Assembly: GCA_965248265.1 (NCBI GenBank)
Contig: CBDFJF010000002.1
Location: 3,936,001 to 4,000,000 of the forward strand
Direction: 5' to 3'
Source of the DNA: Candidatus Latescibacterota bacterium
GTDB lineage: Bacteria; Latescibacterota; UBA2968; UBA8231
Length of the DNA stretch: 64,000 bases
Shown: piece by piece, positions 8,259 through 19,030 of the stretch
Layout: the number at the start of each line of letters is the position of its first letter
How positions within the stretch are numbered: position 1 is the stretch's first letter
Program-made: the position numbers and the translations under genes
The notes under the pieces: generated by a model
What the model saw: only the letters and a program-made list of their open reading frames with translations
The model's database searches: none
Told to the model about the DNA's origin: nothing

Positions 8259-9110
8259 CTATTCCCGGGTCTTATCCCCGGCCTTGTCCCATTCAGTGAT
8301 GAGTTCGCCCATGCGCTCGACGAGTTCTGTGTTGCCCCTTTTCTGGGCGCCCCCTCGCACGATTCGAGCTTTCTTCAGCAACACCCGTATGGCTTCGTCC
8401 CGGTCCTGCTCGCTCAATGGCGCCGTGGAGTCACGCAAGATGCGGTCGAGGGAGGTGACCCGAAACCGATCCATGGCAGGATGGACCTGCGACAGCTGAT
8501 CGTCATGGCCACCGTACTTGATGGTCAGTTTCTGCTCCAGGTACAGGACCTCGAAGCGACAGGTGAGCCGGAGAAAGAGATCGTAGTCCTCACATGCGGG
8601 CAGGCTCTCGTCAAAAAGACCGATGGTCTCGAAGACATCGCGATGCAGCACCAGAGAGGAGGGAGACATCGCGCACAGCGGTAGAGCCCGCTGAAAAATC
8701 CACCCGCCATACTTCTTATGATGGCTGTGTGGGTTTACCCTGACTCCGTTGCGGATCCAGATTTCATCGGTGTGGCAGACCAGCAATCCCGAATCCGCCA
8801 GGCCGCGCAGCTGTTGCTCGAGCTTCTCGCGGCACCACTCATCGTCCGAATCCAGAAAGGCGATCCACTCACCCTGTGCCACCTCGATGCCGTGGTTGCG
8901 AGCAGCCGAGACGCCCTTGTTTTGCGGCAGACGCAGCAGCGTGACCCCGTCTCCGTACTCGGACTGCACCCGATCGGCGGTACCGTCCACGGAACCGTCG
9001 TCGACGACGATGAGCTCGAAGTCTGGATGGCTCTGCATGCGGACGGATTCAATCGCGCGCCCGACCAGGTCGACTCGGTCACGTACCGGGATGATTACGG
9101 AGATATGCAC
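8259..9110 (-). CDS. Glycosyltransferase family 2
   Basis: ISVIIP, VVDDGS, GVSAARNHG, FLDSDD, EDYDL. Confidence 0.93.
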   Translation of the reverse strand: MHISVIIPVRDRVDLVGRAIESVRMQSHPDFELIVVDDGSVDGTADRVQSEYGDGVTLLRLPQNKGVSAARNHGIEVAQGEWIAFLDSDDEWCREKLEQQLRGLADSGLLVCHTDEIWIRNGVRVNPHSHHKKYGGWIFQRALPLCAMSPSSLVLHRDVFETIGLFDESLPACEDYDLFLRLTCRFEVLYLEQKLTIKYGGHDDQLSQVHPAMDRFRVTSLDRILRDSTAPLSEQDRDEAIRVLLKKARIVRGGAQKRGNTELVERMGELITEWDKAGDKTRE

Positions 9111-9136
9111 GGGATTAGCACACGATATCAGCCCGG

Positions 9137-10138
9137 CTAGGTATCCGCGTAGAGGTCGCGGCCGGCGACCAGGGCCTCGATCTTGCGATCGGCCACACTG
9201 CGTTTGAGCATCCAGAAACCGCAGTCGGGATTGACGTAGGCGATGCGCTCGGCGCCAAGATGACCGGCCGCCTCGTCGATGCGCGAGGCGATCAGGTCAG
9301 GTGTCTCCACCACGTTGCTCTTGATGTCGACGACGCCGAGACCGAAACGGATATCGGTGTCAACCTCTTTGAGGTAGGCCAGCTCCGCACTACCCCGATG
9401 GGCCATTTCCAACAGCACGTGGTCGCAGTGAAGACCCGAGAGATAGGCCACCAGACGTTCCCAACTCCCCTGTTGAATGGTCTGTCCGCCGTAGTTGCCG
9501 AAACACAGGTGCACGGCGGCCGCTCCACGAACAACATCCAGGATGCGGTTGATACCCTCCAGCGCCCAGTCCGCCTCCTCGGGATGTCCCGGCAGATTGG
9601 CCTCGTCCACCTGAACGACGTCGGCGTCGATCTGAGCTACCTGAGACGCCAGGATGTCAGCCAGAGCGAAAGACAACTCGGGCAGTGAACGATAATGGTG
9701 ATCGAGCAGTGCCTTGGCCAACATGTGAGGCCCGGTCAGGGTGAACTTGAGTGGACAGGTGGTCAGGCTCCGCGCCTTGGCGAAATCGCCGGGCAGGTCC
9801 ATGGATCCTTCGCCGAGCGTCCCTTCCACAACCGCGCTCGGTTTGCGCCGGTACGACATGCCCGCGTCCTTGCTGAACTCCGCCGCATCGTCGCGTGTGA
9901 TCTGCGAGCGCGAGTTGCTCAGCGGCCGGACGAAGTAGTCGATCATGCCATTGGTCTCCGGATGATTGACATCGAACCTGGACAACTCACCGTCGGCGAC
10001 CAGATCGATACCGGCCTTCTCCTGCGTCTTGAGGACGACGGCCATGGCGTCCTCGAGTGTCTGCTCCGACGGCAACGCCGCCAGCCAATCAGGAATCGGA
10101 TAGCTGCCGACGACGGTCGTTTTGATGCTTGCGCTCAT
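9137..10138 (-). CDS. Cobalamin-independent methionine synthase II family protein (single catalytic barrel)
   Basis: TTVVGSYP, DGE, LTGP, QVDE, Zn ligands HLCFGN and NPDCG; only 333 aa. Confidence 0.88.
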   Translation of the reverse strand: MSASIKTTVVGSYPIPDWLAALPSEQTLEDAMAVVLKTQEKAGIDLVADGELSRFDVNHPETNGMIDYFVRPLSNSRSQITRDDAAEFSKDAGMSYRRKPSAVVEGTLGEGSMDLPGDFAKARSLTTCPLKFTLTGPHMLAKALLDHHYRSLPELSFALADILASQVAQIDADVVQVDEANLPGHPEEADWALEGINRILDVVRGAAAVHLCFGNYGGQTIQQGSWERLVAYLSGLHCDHVLLEMAHRGSAELAYLKEVDTDIRFGLGVVDIKSNVVETPDLIASRIDEAAGHLGAERIAYVNPDCGFWMLKRSVADRKIEALVAGRDLYADT

Positions 10139-10148
10139 TCAGAAAACC

Positions 10149-12377
10149 TCATGAAGATGGATCGCCAGCCGCCAAATTCGGGAGGCTCAGCCTGGCTGCT
10201 TCGTCCAGTTGTTGAAGTACGATACTGGTCGTGATCAATTCAGGTAACACCAGCGGGTGATCGACGCGGCCGGCTGGGAAAATGACGTAGAACGGCACCC
10301 CCGAGCGCCCGAAGGATCGCAAGAAAGCCGTGATCTCGGGATTCCGATTGGTCCAGTCGGCCCGGACCCTCTGTACTCCGAGCTCGTCGAACCGATCCTG
10401 GACGGCCTCCCCATCCAGGACCGTGCGCTTGTTCACCTTACAGGTCCAACACCACTCCGCGGTGAAATCGATGAAGACGTGATTCCCGCCCGAGACCAGT
10501 TCCTCCACTCTTTCGATCGAAAACGATTGCCAGCTATCCACCTGCGTGGGAAGACCCGAATTCAGTTGCCGCTCCTGTTGCAAGAACGGATGCAGAAACA
10601 GCAGGTAGCCCCCGGCGATGACGACGAGGGCCGCACTCCATGCTCCAGTTCGCTGCCGGCTGCTGCTGCGAAGATCCGTCCACTTGCCCGGGATCCACAA
10701 CGCGAGTGCCAGACACAGCAGAAAAGCGGCCGTCCAGATCACCGCCTCCACTCCGAGCTGCTTGCCCAAAACCCAGAGCAACCACAGCACCGTCGCCATG
10801 AGCAGGAAACCCATCCCCTGCTTGAAGTGCTCCATCCAGGGACCCGGTTTGGGAATGGAGCGCATCCAGCCGGGCTCAGCCGCAAGCACCAGGTACGGCA
10901 GGGCCATGCCCATGCCAGTGGCAACGAAGATGGCCAGGATGACGCCTCCCGGTTGGGTGAAGGCGAACCCCAGAGAGCTGCCTAGAAAAGGCGCCGTACA
11001 CGGCGTTGCCAGAATAGTCGCCAACACACCATTGAAGAAACTGCCCGTCAACCCATGGCTGTCCGCCAGGCCGCCCAGATTGGTGCGGGTTCCGGGCAAC
11101 GTGATCGTCAGCAACCCGAACAGGCTCAGGGCCAATACGAAAATGAGACCCGTGAGGGCGAGCACGAACACGGGAGACTGGAACTGAAAACCCCAGCCAA
11201 TCTGCTCACCGCCAGCCTTGATGGCGATGACGACACCGGCGAGGACGGCGAATGAGGCAACGATGCCGGCGGCAAATGCCGCGCCCAGTTGCCGCACCCT
11301 GCGCCGCTCCTGCTGGGCATGCGAGACAAACCCGAGCACCTTGAGCGAGATCACGGGAAGCACGCAAGGCATCACGTTCAGGATGAGGCCCCCCAACGCG
11401 GCGAATAATATGTAGAGCAACAGGGATTGCGATTCAGGCCGCGTGAAATCGGCTCCGGCCAGGACCGACATCGGCAATGCTGACGCCGAACCGGCATCCT
11501 CCAGATCGAGTTCGAGCGAGCGATAGGCGCGCTTGCCATCTTCGTCCAGGTAAGAGAGCACGCCGCCCAGCCGTGAGGGAACCTCGTCGTATGGCTGAAC
11601 CTCCATGGTGAGCCCGACTCCATCAGCAGACGGCGGAGACATCATGTGTGCGGAAAAAAGGTCAAACTCGGGGCCGTCGAGTATTCTGAAGGGAAAGAAA
11701 TCCGGCTCCAGTTCGGCGATGGTCCGACCGCCGTCCCGGACCGAAAGCTGGACCTGGACGATGAGGCCACTGGTTGTCGGACCAGCGTGGGCAGTCACCG
11801 ACAGTGGATCAGCCGCGGAGTAGGCCACGGGGAGTTGCGCACGGTAGTCTTCGAACAGCTGGCGATGGCCCGCTTCCCTTCCCGCCTGCTGAATGGGCAA
11901 AGACAGGGTCAGCGTTGTGTCTCCTGGTATGCACAGATCGCTGCACACAAACCAGGAAACAGCAGCCTTCAATTCTATCTCCGACCCCGGCGGCAGATGC
12001 TGTGGCGCCCGGATCTCCGCCATCAGCATGGTGGCCTGCTCGTACCCGTAGGTGACGAACTCGTCCTGCCCTATGTAGTCGGTGTATTTGTGGGGCGCTG
12101 GCCATTGCAGATCTGTGGATTCAGAGCCCGCCGGTAGGATCCATTCTACCCTGGTGGGACCACCGGAATCGCCGCTGTTGCGCCAGTAGACGTGCCAGTC
12201 CTCTTCCATCTCCAGCAGGACCCCGAGCCCGAACGCCGCTCCGGGCGAGATGGCTGCAACGTCGGCGACGAGGTGAGCCTCGACAGGGTGCTCGTCAGCA
12301 CCGACAGTCTCAGGACCCGCAAGCGGGGCAGTCAGCCCAAGAACCAGGCCCGCCACGATGCCATCGATGAATCTCAC
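10149..12377 (-). CDS. dsbD: Thiol:disulfide interchange protein, DsbD family
   Basis: WHVYWRNSGDSG, CSDLCIPG, membrane NVMPCVLP and ATPCTAPFLG, thioredoxin WCWTC. Confidence 0.9.
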   Translation of the reverse strand: MRFIDGIVAGLVLGLTAPLAGPETVGADEHPVEAHLVADVAAISPGAAFGLGVLLEMEEDWHVYWRNSGDSGGPTRVEWILPAGSESTDLQWPAPHKYTDYIGQDEFVTYGYEQATMLMAEIRAPQHLPPGSEIELKAAVSWFVCSDLCIPGDTTLTLSLPIQQAGREAGHRQLFEDYRAQLPVAYSAADPLSVTAHAGPTTSGLIVQVQLSVRDGGRTIAELEPDFFPFRILDGPEFDLFSAHMMSPPSADGVGLTMEVQPYDEVPSRLGGVLSYLDEDGKRAYRSLELDLEDAGSASALPMSVLAGADFTRPESQSLLLYILFAALGGLILNVMPCVLPVISLKVLGFVSHAQQERRRVRQLGAAFAAGIVASFAVLAGVVIAIKAGGEQIGWGFQFQSPVFVLALTGLIFVLALSLFGLLTITLPGTRTNLGGLADSHGLTGSFFNGVLATILATPCTAPFLGSSLGFAFTQPGGVILAIFVATGMGMALPYLVLAAEPGWMRSIPKPGPWMEHFKQGMGFLLMATVLWLLWVLGKQLGVEAVIWTAAFLLCLALALWIPGKWTDLRSSSRQRTGAWSAALVVIAGGYLLFLHPFLQQERQLNSGLPTQVDSWQSFSIERVEELVSGGNHVFIDFTAEWCWTCKVNKRTVLDGEAVQDRFDELGVQRVRADWTNRNPEITAFLRSFGRSGVPFYVIFPAGRVDHPLVLPELITTSIVLQQLDEAARLSLPNLAAGDPSS

Positions 12378-13678
12378 GCGTGCTCTCCGATGCGGGCACC
12401 CAGTTGTGTCAGGTCATCGTAGAAGCCGGGATAGGATTTGGACACCGTCTCAGCGTCATTGAGGACGATTCCGTTGCGACAACGCAGGCCCATGATCGTC
12501 AGCATCTGGGCAACGCGATGATCGTCATGGGTGCCGAGTTCGATGCCACCTTCGTAGCCGGCAGGACAGCCACGGATGATGATCTCGTCCTCCTTTTCCT
12601 CGCAGTCGACGCCCAGACGCCCGAGTTCTCGAACTGGAACGGCGATTCGATCGCATTCCTTCAAGCGCAGATTGCCAATGCCGAAGAACCGGCTCTCCCC
12701 ACTCGCCAGAGCCGCCAGCGGCAACATCACCAGAATCATGTCCGTTGCGGCGTCACCATCGAACTCGATTCCGCGCAGGCCCCCGTGGCCCTTCACCTCA
12801 ACTTGCGAGCCATCGTAGGTGAGTTGCGCTCCCATGCGCTGCAGCAAGTCGATGACGGCGCGCTCCCCTTGGCGGTCTTGGTACAACCGTCTGACCGTGA
12901 CGTCGCCGCCCGTAACCACGGCCGCCGACAGTAAGGCAGCTGCGGAAGGATAGTCGCCGTTGACGCTGTATTCAGCCGGTTGGTATGACTGCCCTCCCGC
13001 GATCTTGAAATGCATCAGATCCTCTGCGGCCTCGACTTCAATGCCGGCCATCGCCAGCACTTCCAGGGTCGTCGCCACCAGTGGCTTGGAAACCAGCCTG
13101 TCGGTGATCAGGATCTCAACCTCTTCGCCGATCAAGGGCGCCAGGAACAACAACGAGGTGAGGAACTGTGAGCTGCGAGCGCCGCTCAGTCGAACAAGGC
13201 CACCATGGAGACAGCCTCCGCGGATTACCAGGGGAAAACATCCACCCTCGGTCGATTCGGTCGCCGCGCCCAACTGTTGCAGTGCATCCAGCAGCTCTGC
13301 GTGTGGACGCTGGCCCAGCGAATCGGCATAGTCGGTTTCGAAACGGACTTCGGACAACAGTGCCGCCGTGCCCATCAAGAACCGGGATACGGCTCCTGCG
13401 TTGCCCGGATTGAGGGTCCCGGGAGGCTTGGGCGTCCGGCCGAAACCCGTTACCCGAAGGCATCGGGCACCATCGTCTTCCTCTTCCTTGATAACGGCAC
13501 CAAGATCACGCAGGCAACGAATCAGGGCATCTGCATCGTCACTGCGAGCCGGACGTCGCACCAGACTCTCTCCGTCCGCCAGAGCGGCGGCCAGCAGGTA
13601 CCGTGTCGTGTAGTTCTTGGAACTGGGCGGATCCAGCGTACCCTCGAGGTGCTCGGAGTAGCCTACGTCAATTCTCAT
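12374..13678 (-). CDS. aroA: 3-phosphoshikimate 1-carboxyvinyltransferase (EPSP synthase)
   Basis: PPSSKNYTTR, GNAG, SSQF, RLKECDR, DDHRVA, KSYPGF. Confidence 0.95.
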   Translation of the reverse strand: MRIDVGYSEHLEGTLDPPSSKNYTTRYLLAAALADGESLVRRPARSDDADALIRCLRDLGAVIKEEEDDGARCLRVTGFGRTPKPPGTLNPGNAGAVSRFLMGTAALLSEVRFETDYADSLGQRPHAELLDALQQLGAATESTEGGCFPLVIRGGCLHGGLVRLSGARSSQFLTSLLFLAPLIGEEVEILITDRLVSKPLVATTLEVLAMAGIEVEAAEDLMHFKIAGGQSYQPAEYSVNGDYPSAAALLSAAVVTGGDVTVRRLYQDRQGERAVIDLLQRMGAQLTYDGSQVEVKGHGGLRGIEFDGDAATDMILVMLPLAALASGESRFFGIGNLRLKECDRIAVPVRELGRLGVDCEEKEDEIIIRGCPAGYEGGIELGTHDDHRVAQMLTIMGLRCRNGIVLNDAETVSKSYPGFYDDLTQLGARIGEHA

Positions 13679-13795
13679 ATTCTTAAGTTCGCCAGCGCCA
13701 CGCACAGGGGCAAACGGCGTCACTTTGTCGCGGTGGTGCAGAACGTTACTTTCCACTCACGTATTTGATCATCCAACAACCGGCGAGACAGCTCG

Positions 13796-16045
13796 GTGTC
13801 AGAACAACGACAAAAACCTGCTCGTTCCCTCGACCTGTTCGAGGAAGGCCGCAAAGACCAGATAGAGCAGGAGCAACCGTTAGCCGCCAGATTGCGCCCA
13901 AGGGTCCTCGACGACTTCGTCGGACAGGATCACATTCTGGGGCCAGGCAGGCTGCTGCGCCGGGCGATCCAGGCCGACCAGCTTTCCTCCCTCATTTTCT
14001 ATGGCCCGCCCGGTACCGGCAAGACGACACTCGCCCACGTCATCGCCAACACCACCAGTTCGAACTTCATCACCATCAACGCCGTCCTCGCCGGCGTCGC
14101 CGACATCCGCTCTGGCATCCACGAGGCGCAGGAACGCCGTAACCTGCACAACGAGCGCACCATCCTCTTCGTCGACGAGGTCCACCGCTTCAACAAGGCT
14201 CAACAGGATGCCCTGCTGCCCTGGGTCGAAAACGGCACCGTCATCCTGATCGGCGCGACCACGGAGAATCCTTACTTCTCGGTCAATCGACCGTTGGTAT
14301 CGCGCAGCCGCGTCTTCCAACTCCGCTCATTGACGAGCGAGGAACTCTACCGTGTCGCCCGGCATGCATTGAGCGATGTCAGAGGCTATCGACATCTGCG
14401 AGTTGAGATCGACGCCGAAGCCCTGGACCATCTCGTCGACATCGCCAATGGCGACGCGCGCGCCCTCTTGAACGCGATCGAACTCGCCGTTGAAACGACC
14501 CCCGCAGGCGAGGGGGGCATCATCCATATCGACCTGGCGGTAGCCGAGGAATCCATCCAGAAACGAGCCGTCCTGTACGATAAGGAAGGCGACTATCACT
14601 TCGATGCCATCAGCGCTTTTATCAAATCCCTGCGCGGCTCCGACCCGGATGCCACCATGTACTGGCTCGCCAAAATGGTCTATGCCGGCGAGGACCCGCA
14701 GTACATCTTCCGGCGCATGCTCGTGTTCGCCAGCGAAGACGTGGGAGCGGCCGATCCCCAGGCCCTGGCACTGGTCTCAGCCGCTGCCGAGACCTTCGAT
14801 CGTGTCGGCCTGCCAGAGGGACGGTTTTCGTTGGCGCAGGCAGCCCTCCACCTTGCTACTGCTCCAAAGAGCAACTCGGTGTTCGCGTTCTTTGATGCCT
14901 TGGCCGCGGTCGAGCGCGAACGCGACGAAGAAGTACCCAACCACCTCAAGGATGCCAGCCGGGATGGCGAAAGCCTCGGACACGGAGCCAATTACCTCTA
15001 CCCCCACGCCTATCGCGACCACTGGGTGGCTCAACAATACCTGCCGGATGGTCTGCAGGGCCGCGTGTTCTATCAGCCATCCCAACAGGGCGCCGAAGGG
15101 CAGATTGCTGAAACCGTGGCCCGACGCCGCGAAATACAGCTGGCAGCGATGCTGGAAGCAGAACAGGTCGCTCCCGAAAGTCTCACGATTCAACCCAGTG
15201 ACAAGGATCGCAACGACTGGGTGCGTCGCGCCCAGGGTGACACCAGCGAGTTGCTGGGCCGCGTGCGCGAACGGGTGTTCGCGCGCGCAAGGTGGCAGCG
15301 GCACCACAGAGTCATCGACCTCAATGGGGCCACGGGGCTGTTGACTTGGGAGGCCTTGCGCCGAGCCGCTGACGGAGGCGTATGGTCCCTGTGCCATGAC
15401 AAGACCAGCGCCGTCGCACTCAGGGAGATGGCCACCCACCTCACCGAACTCGATCGTCCTCACGTGCTCGAAGGGGACGTGGCGAAACTCCCTTCTCTAT
15501 TGGTGGACGAGAACGACGGCGTGCGCTTCGACGTCGCTGTCGGGCGCAACGCCCTGGGATCATCATCTGGTCATCAACAATTGCCGGCCGTTTTTGAAGT
15601 CATGGCAGAAGGGGGCCAGCTATCACTGGCCGAGGTCTTCCCCCGTCGGGCGCAACGACTCTGCGATCTGGTTCGCCTGGACGAGTTGGAGGCTGATCTG
15701 CGGGACCGGGTGCTGCGCGCTGAAGAGGAGATTTACGAAGACGGGAGCAACCCACGTGTCAGCTGGGATGTGGAAGACTTGAATAATGCGCTCGAGGTTG
15801 CCGGGTTTGCCTCGGTCGAACACCGCGTCGAGCGTCTCGTCATCCCGCGCCGCATCAACCTGCACCATCTGGGCAACTGGTTCAGTCCCGGCGGCGACAA
15901 GCATCCTACCTTCGCCAAGCTGCTGCGCCGTCACGTCGAAGCCGACGAATTGGCACAGATCAAAAAACTGTTCGAACTGCAGCTGGCGCACAAAGACGTG
16001 AACTGGTCGACGACCTACATCTTTGCCACTGGTCTAAAAGAGTGA
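13796..16045 (+). CDS. rarA: Replication-associated recombination protein A (AAA+) with C-terminal methyltransferase-like extension
   Basis: PLAARLRP, GPPGTGKT, FVDEVHRFNKAQQD, FIKSLRGSD, YLYPH. Confidence 0.92.
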   Translation: MSEQRQKPARSLDLFEEGRKDQIEQEQPLAARLRPRVLDDFVGQDHILGPGRLLRRAIQADQLSSLIFYGPPGTGKTTLAHVIANTTSSNFITINAVLAGVADIRSGIHEAQERRNLHNERTILFVDEVHRFNKAQQDALLPWVENGTVILIGATTENPYFSVNRPLVSRSRVFQLRSLTSEELYRVARHALSDVRGYRHLRVEIDAEALDHLVDIANGDARALLNAIELAVETTPAGEGGIIHIDLAVAEESIQKRAVLYDKEGDYHFDAISAFIKSLRGSDPDATMYWLAKMVYAGEDPQYIFRRMLVFASEDVGAADPQALALVSAAAETFDRVGLPEGRFSLAQAALHLATAPKSNSVFAFFDALAAVERERDEEVPNHLKDASRDGESLGHGANYLYPHAYRDHWVAQQYLPDGLQGRVFYQPSQQGAEGQIAETVARRREIQLAAMLEAEQVAPESLTIQPSDKDRNDWVRRAQGDTSELLGRVRERVFARARWQRHHRVIDLNGATGLLTWEALRRAADGGVWSLCHDKTSAVALREMATHLTELDRPHVLEGDVAKLPSLLVDENDGVRFDVAVGRNALGSSSGHQQLPAVFEVMAEGGQLSLAEVFPRRAQRLCDLVRLDELEADLRDRVLRAEEEIYEDGSNPRVSWDVEDLNNALEVAGFASVEHRVERLVIPRRINLHHLGNWFSPGGDKHPTFAKLLRRHVEADELAQIKKLFELQLAHKDVNWSTTYIFATGLKE

Positions 16046-16585
16046 TTCTGCCCGTTTTTCGATCTGTTCACCGATCGCCTCGGGAGAAATCATACCACCA
16101 TAACGCTCCAGCGCCGCGGCGAAATCCTCGGGCAGCAGGGGCTCCAGTCGTTCGAGCAGATCGATCAGCAGCGGGCCCGACCTGCTCGCCTGCAGGAAAT
16201 GCCCGCCGTCGGGGAAGTACCTGCTGACCAGAAGCATCGCAATCAACAGCACCTGAAGTCCGATGAGCACACCAAAGACGGCACCCAGTAGGCGGTCCAA
16301 TCCACCGAGGAAGAGGGCGTGGATGGCGGCGCGCAGCACGCGCCCGAGAAGGCGCACGCTGATGGCGATTCCACCGAAAACGAGTGCAAAACTCGCGGCC
16401 AGTTTAATCTCCGGCTGCGAAATCGCCGGCAGCAGCGGAACCGCCGCCTGATGCAAGTATAGGCCCCCGAGGATCCCCAATCCGACAGCCACAAAGGTAG
16501 AAAGCTGCTCTATCAGCCCCCGTTGATAGCCCCTCAGACAGAGGAGAATCAACAGCGCCGCAACGGCCCAGTCGACCCAATTCAC
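16034..16585 (-). CDS. cvpA: CvpA family membrane protein
   Basis: MNWVD...RGYQRGLI, LDRLLGAVFG. Confidence 0.88.
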   Translation of the reverse strand: MNWVDWAVAALLILLCLRGYQRGLIEQLSTFVAVGLGILGGLYLHQAAVPLLPAISQPEIKLAASFALVFGGIAISVRLLGRVLRAAIHALFLGGLDRLLGAVFGVLIGLQVLLIAMLLVSRYFPDGGHFLQASRSGPLLIDLLERLEPLLPEDFAAALERYGGMISPEAIGEQIEKRAESLF

Positions 16586-16775
16586 ATTGCCGTCCCCTGG
16601 ATAGTGATTTCAGCACACTTCATACTCTGCAAAAGTACCGCTTTTGTCCCTATCCCGGAAGCTGGCGTACGTCTTGCGCCCCTGGTCTGAGGCATCTTAC
16701 ATTACGGGCCGTTTTTACTACTAGTGGTATTTAGTTCAGTAGTCATCTGCCCTTCTCGAGGAGAGTCCACACCGC

Positions 16776-18050
16776 ATGCGGAATTCTCGCTTCATCTTCC
16801 CGGGCAATAGCCTACCCTCGTCAGCCCTCCAACGCCCTACAACCATCGTCGCATTGATGGTAGCGCTGACCGGCGGACTCGGGTGCAGCACCACGGAGCA
16901 GGAAGTCCAGGAGCAAATCGAGATACTCGCTGCCAACGACATCGGTTCCGAGTCCTGGAAGGGGGCCACGGATGAACTCACCCTCATCGGTCGTCCGGCC
17001 GCGCGTCAGCTCGTGGCGCTACTCAATCCGGCACTCTACAAGGGCAAGGCCTACCGCGAATTCCCGAGCGAAATGGAGAAAACGCGAACGGGGGCCGCGC
17101 TGGTACTCGGCCGCATTCGACACAAGGCAGCGGCGGCCGGTCTGTCGGCTTGCATCACCAACGTCTACACATTTGGTGAGCGTGTAGCCGCGCTCGAGGC
17201 CGTTGGCGAGTTGGGATTCAACGCCGATGCCGTCAAGGCACTGAAGAAGCAGTTTGACATCGAAACCGATCCCGTGATACAGCTACACATCGGGATCGCT
17301 CTGATAAAAATGGATGATGACGCGGGCGCATCAGCGCTCAAAAAGGCGATCTCTGGCGACGATGACGACCTTGCTGCCACGGCCATAACAGGCCTGCAGG
17401 CGGCCAACTACTTCGGCGTGGATTTGATGGTGGAACTCGCTAACCGTGGCATCCGCGAGGAAGCCCTGCGAACCGCCATCGCCGGTACCCGGGAAAAGCT
17501 GGTGAGCCAGCTGGAATCCGAAGATCCGGACGTGCGCATGCATTCGGCTCGCGCCCTAGGTCTGGCCGGAGATCCTGGCGTCAACACCTCGCTGACCGTG
17601 CTTCTCGATGACAAGAGCAACCAGGTCCGCTTCAGCGCGGCGTCTTCATTGACGACTCTCGGCGACCCGACTGGAACCGAGTTTCTTTTTGCCTCCATGC
17701 GCAGCGACGACTCGATACAACGTCTGAACGCGATAAAATCGCTGGTGGAAGTGCAGGAGCATTCCGGAACCGTCGAAAAGCAATTGATCGATGGACTCAT
17801 GTCGTCCGAGCCGATGGCGCGCTCCGGTTGCGCTCAAATCCTCGGCGAGGCCGGCGTCAGCGACGCCGTGCCTGATCTGATACGGACCACTGAGGACCCC
17901 GTCGCAGAGGTCCGTTGGAGTGCAATCATTGCGCTGGGCCGCCTGGCGGCTGTCGATGGCCGTGCTCAACTCGAGAAGTTGCGCGGGGATGAGGACGCCA
18001 CGGTGGCGTACTACGCCAAATGGGCGCTGCGTCAGCTCGGAGCGGGGTAG
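16776..18050 (+). CDS. HEAT-repeat lipoprotein
   Basis: Lipobox-like LGC; repeated D..VR..AA.ALG units. Confidence 0.85.
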   Translation: MRNSRFIFPGNSLPSSALQRPTTIVALMVALTGGLGCSTTEQEVQEQIEILAANDIGSESWKGATDELTLIGRPAARQLVALLNPALYKGKAYREFPSEMEKTRTGAALVLGRIRHKAAAAGLSACITNVYTFGERVAALEAVGELGFNADAVKALKKQFDIETDPVIQLHIGIALIKMDDDAGASALKKAISGDDDDLAATAITGLQAANYFGVDLMVELANRGIREEALRTAIAGTREKLVSQLESEDPDVRMHSARALGLAGDPGVNTSLTVLLDDKSNQVRFSAASSLTTLGDPTGTEFLFASMRSDDSIQRLNAIKSLVEVQEHSGTVEKQLIDGLMSSEPMARSGCAQILGEAGVSDAVPDLIRTTEDPVAEVRWSAIIALGRLAAVDGRAQLEKLRGDEDATVAYYAKWALRQLGAG

Positions 18051-18106
18051 TTCCCAGCTGCCTCCCCCCTACAAACCAACCATTCACTCACGTGGTTAGA
18101 TTCCCG

Positions 18107-19030
18107 ATGCCCAGACTCGCACTCCTATTCCTCGCATTGACTGTCACATCGTCCCCGTTCTGGGTTGAAACGGCTGGAGCCGCCGAGACTGCCGAAACGG
18201 TGTTGATCCGCCAGACCCTCGACAAAGACCGGGTTGGCCGACGCCGTGGGGACGTCGATCTGATTCGATCTTCCTACGACGAGAACTTCGTCGCCTACAG
18301 CGGCAACGGCTTCGCAGACCCGGTAGGATGGACGGTCCTGTACGAGGATCCTGATACCTACACCGAGGCCTTGGCAGCAGATCTGGCCGCCCATCGCTAT
18401 GACACCGTCCGCAGTGTGCTTTTTCTGACGGTGCTCGAGAACATGGCGATCGGTGCGATCGTCGACTCGGGTGATGTAATCGATCGGAGCTCTCAAACCA
18501 GCCTGCCCTTCAGGGACAAATCGCTGTGGTCGTTTAGAAAAATCGAAGATCGATGGCTGGCACAATCGGTGGTCCAGGCTCTGGGAGATAGTGCTGCAGG
18601 TCCGTTTTCCGGCCCGCGTTCCCCGTCTCCTGAGATTGTGCAATTCCTCGCGGATGATGCCGCTGCTTGGAATGACGGCAATGCTGGCACCATAGCCGGA
18701 TCATTCGACTTGGAATCCCGCATCATCGACGCCAAGAAAAAGTTCGACCCCGCCGGCTGGATCATCCTCTTTACCGGGGTACCCGAGTACAGCGATTGGC
18801 TGGACAGCCGGCTACAGGTCGTTGACTACGAGCTCGAGCGTGAAATCCTCCATGCCAGCGTCGGCGCGGGCGGAACAGAAGCGCTGGCCGTGGCTCATGA
18901 AAAGCTCACTGCCCGACATCAGCTCGGCACAGCAGTTCATAGTACGGAACGCTTCGTCGTATGGACCCTCAGCAAGCGGACCGGCGACTGGCTCGTTACC
19001 AACTTGCTATTAAACTCCCGGCGTCCATAG
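18107..19030 (+). CDS. Secreted protein with two NTF2/SnoaL-like repeats
   Basis: Signal peptide; two similar halves ending WSFRKIEDRW and WTLSKRTGDW. Confidence 0.65.
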   Translation: MPRLALLFLALTVTSSPFWVETAGAAETAETVLIRQTLDKDRVGRRRGDVDLIRSSYDENFVAYSGNGFADPVGWTVLYEDPDTYTEALAADLAAHRYDTVRSVLFLTVLENMAIGAIVDSGDVIDRSSQTSLPFRDKSLWSFRKIEDRWLAQSVVQALGDSAAGPFSGPRSPSPEIVQFLADDAAAWNDGNAGTIAGSFDLESRIIDAKKKFDPAGWIILFTGVPEYSDWLDSRLQVVDYELEREILHASVGAGGTEALAVAHEKLTARHQLGTAVHSTERFVVWTLSKRTGDWLVTNLLLNSRRP

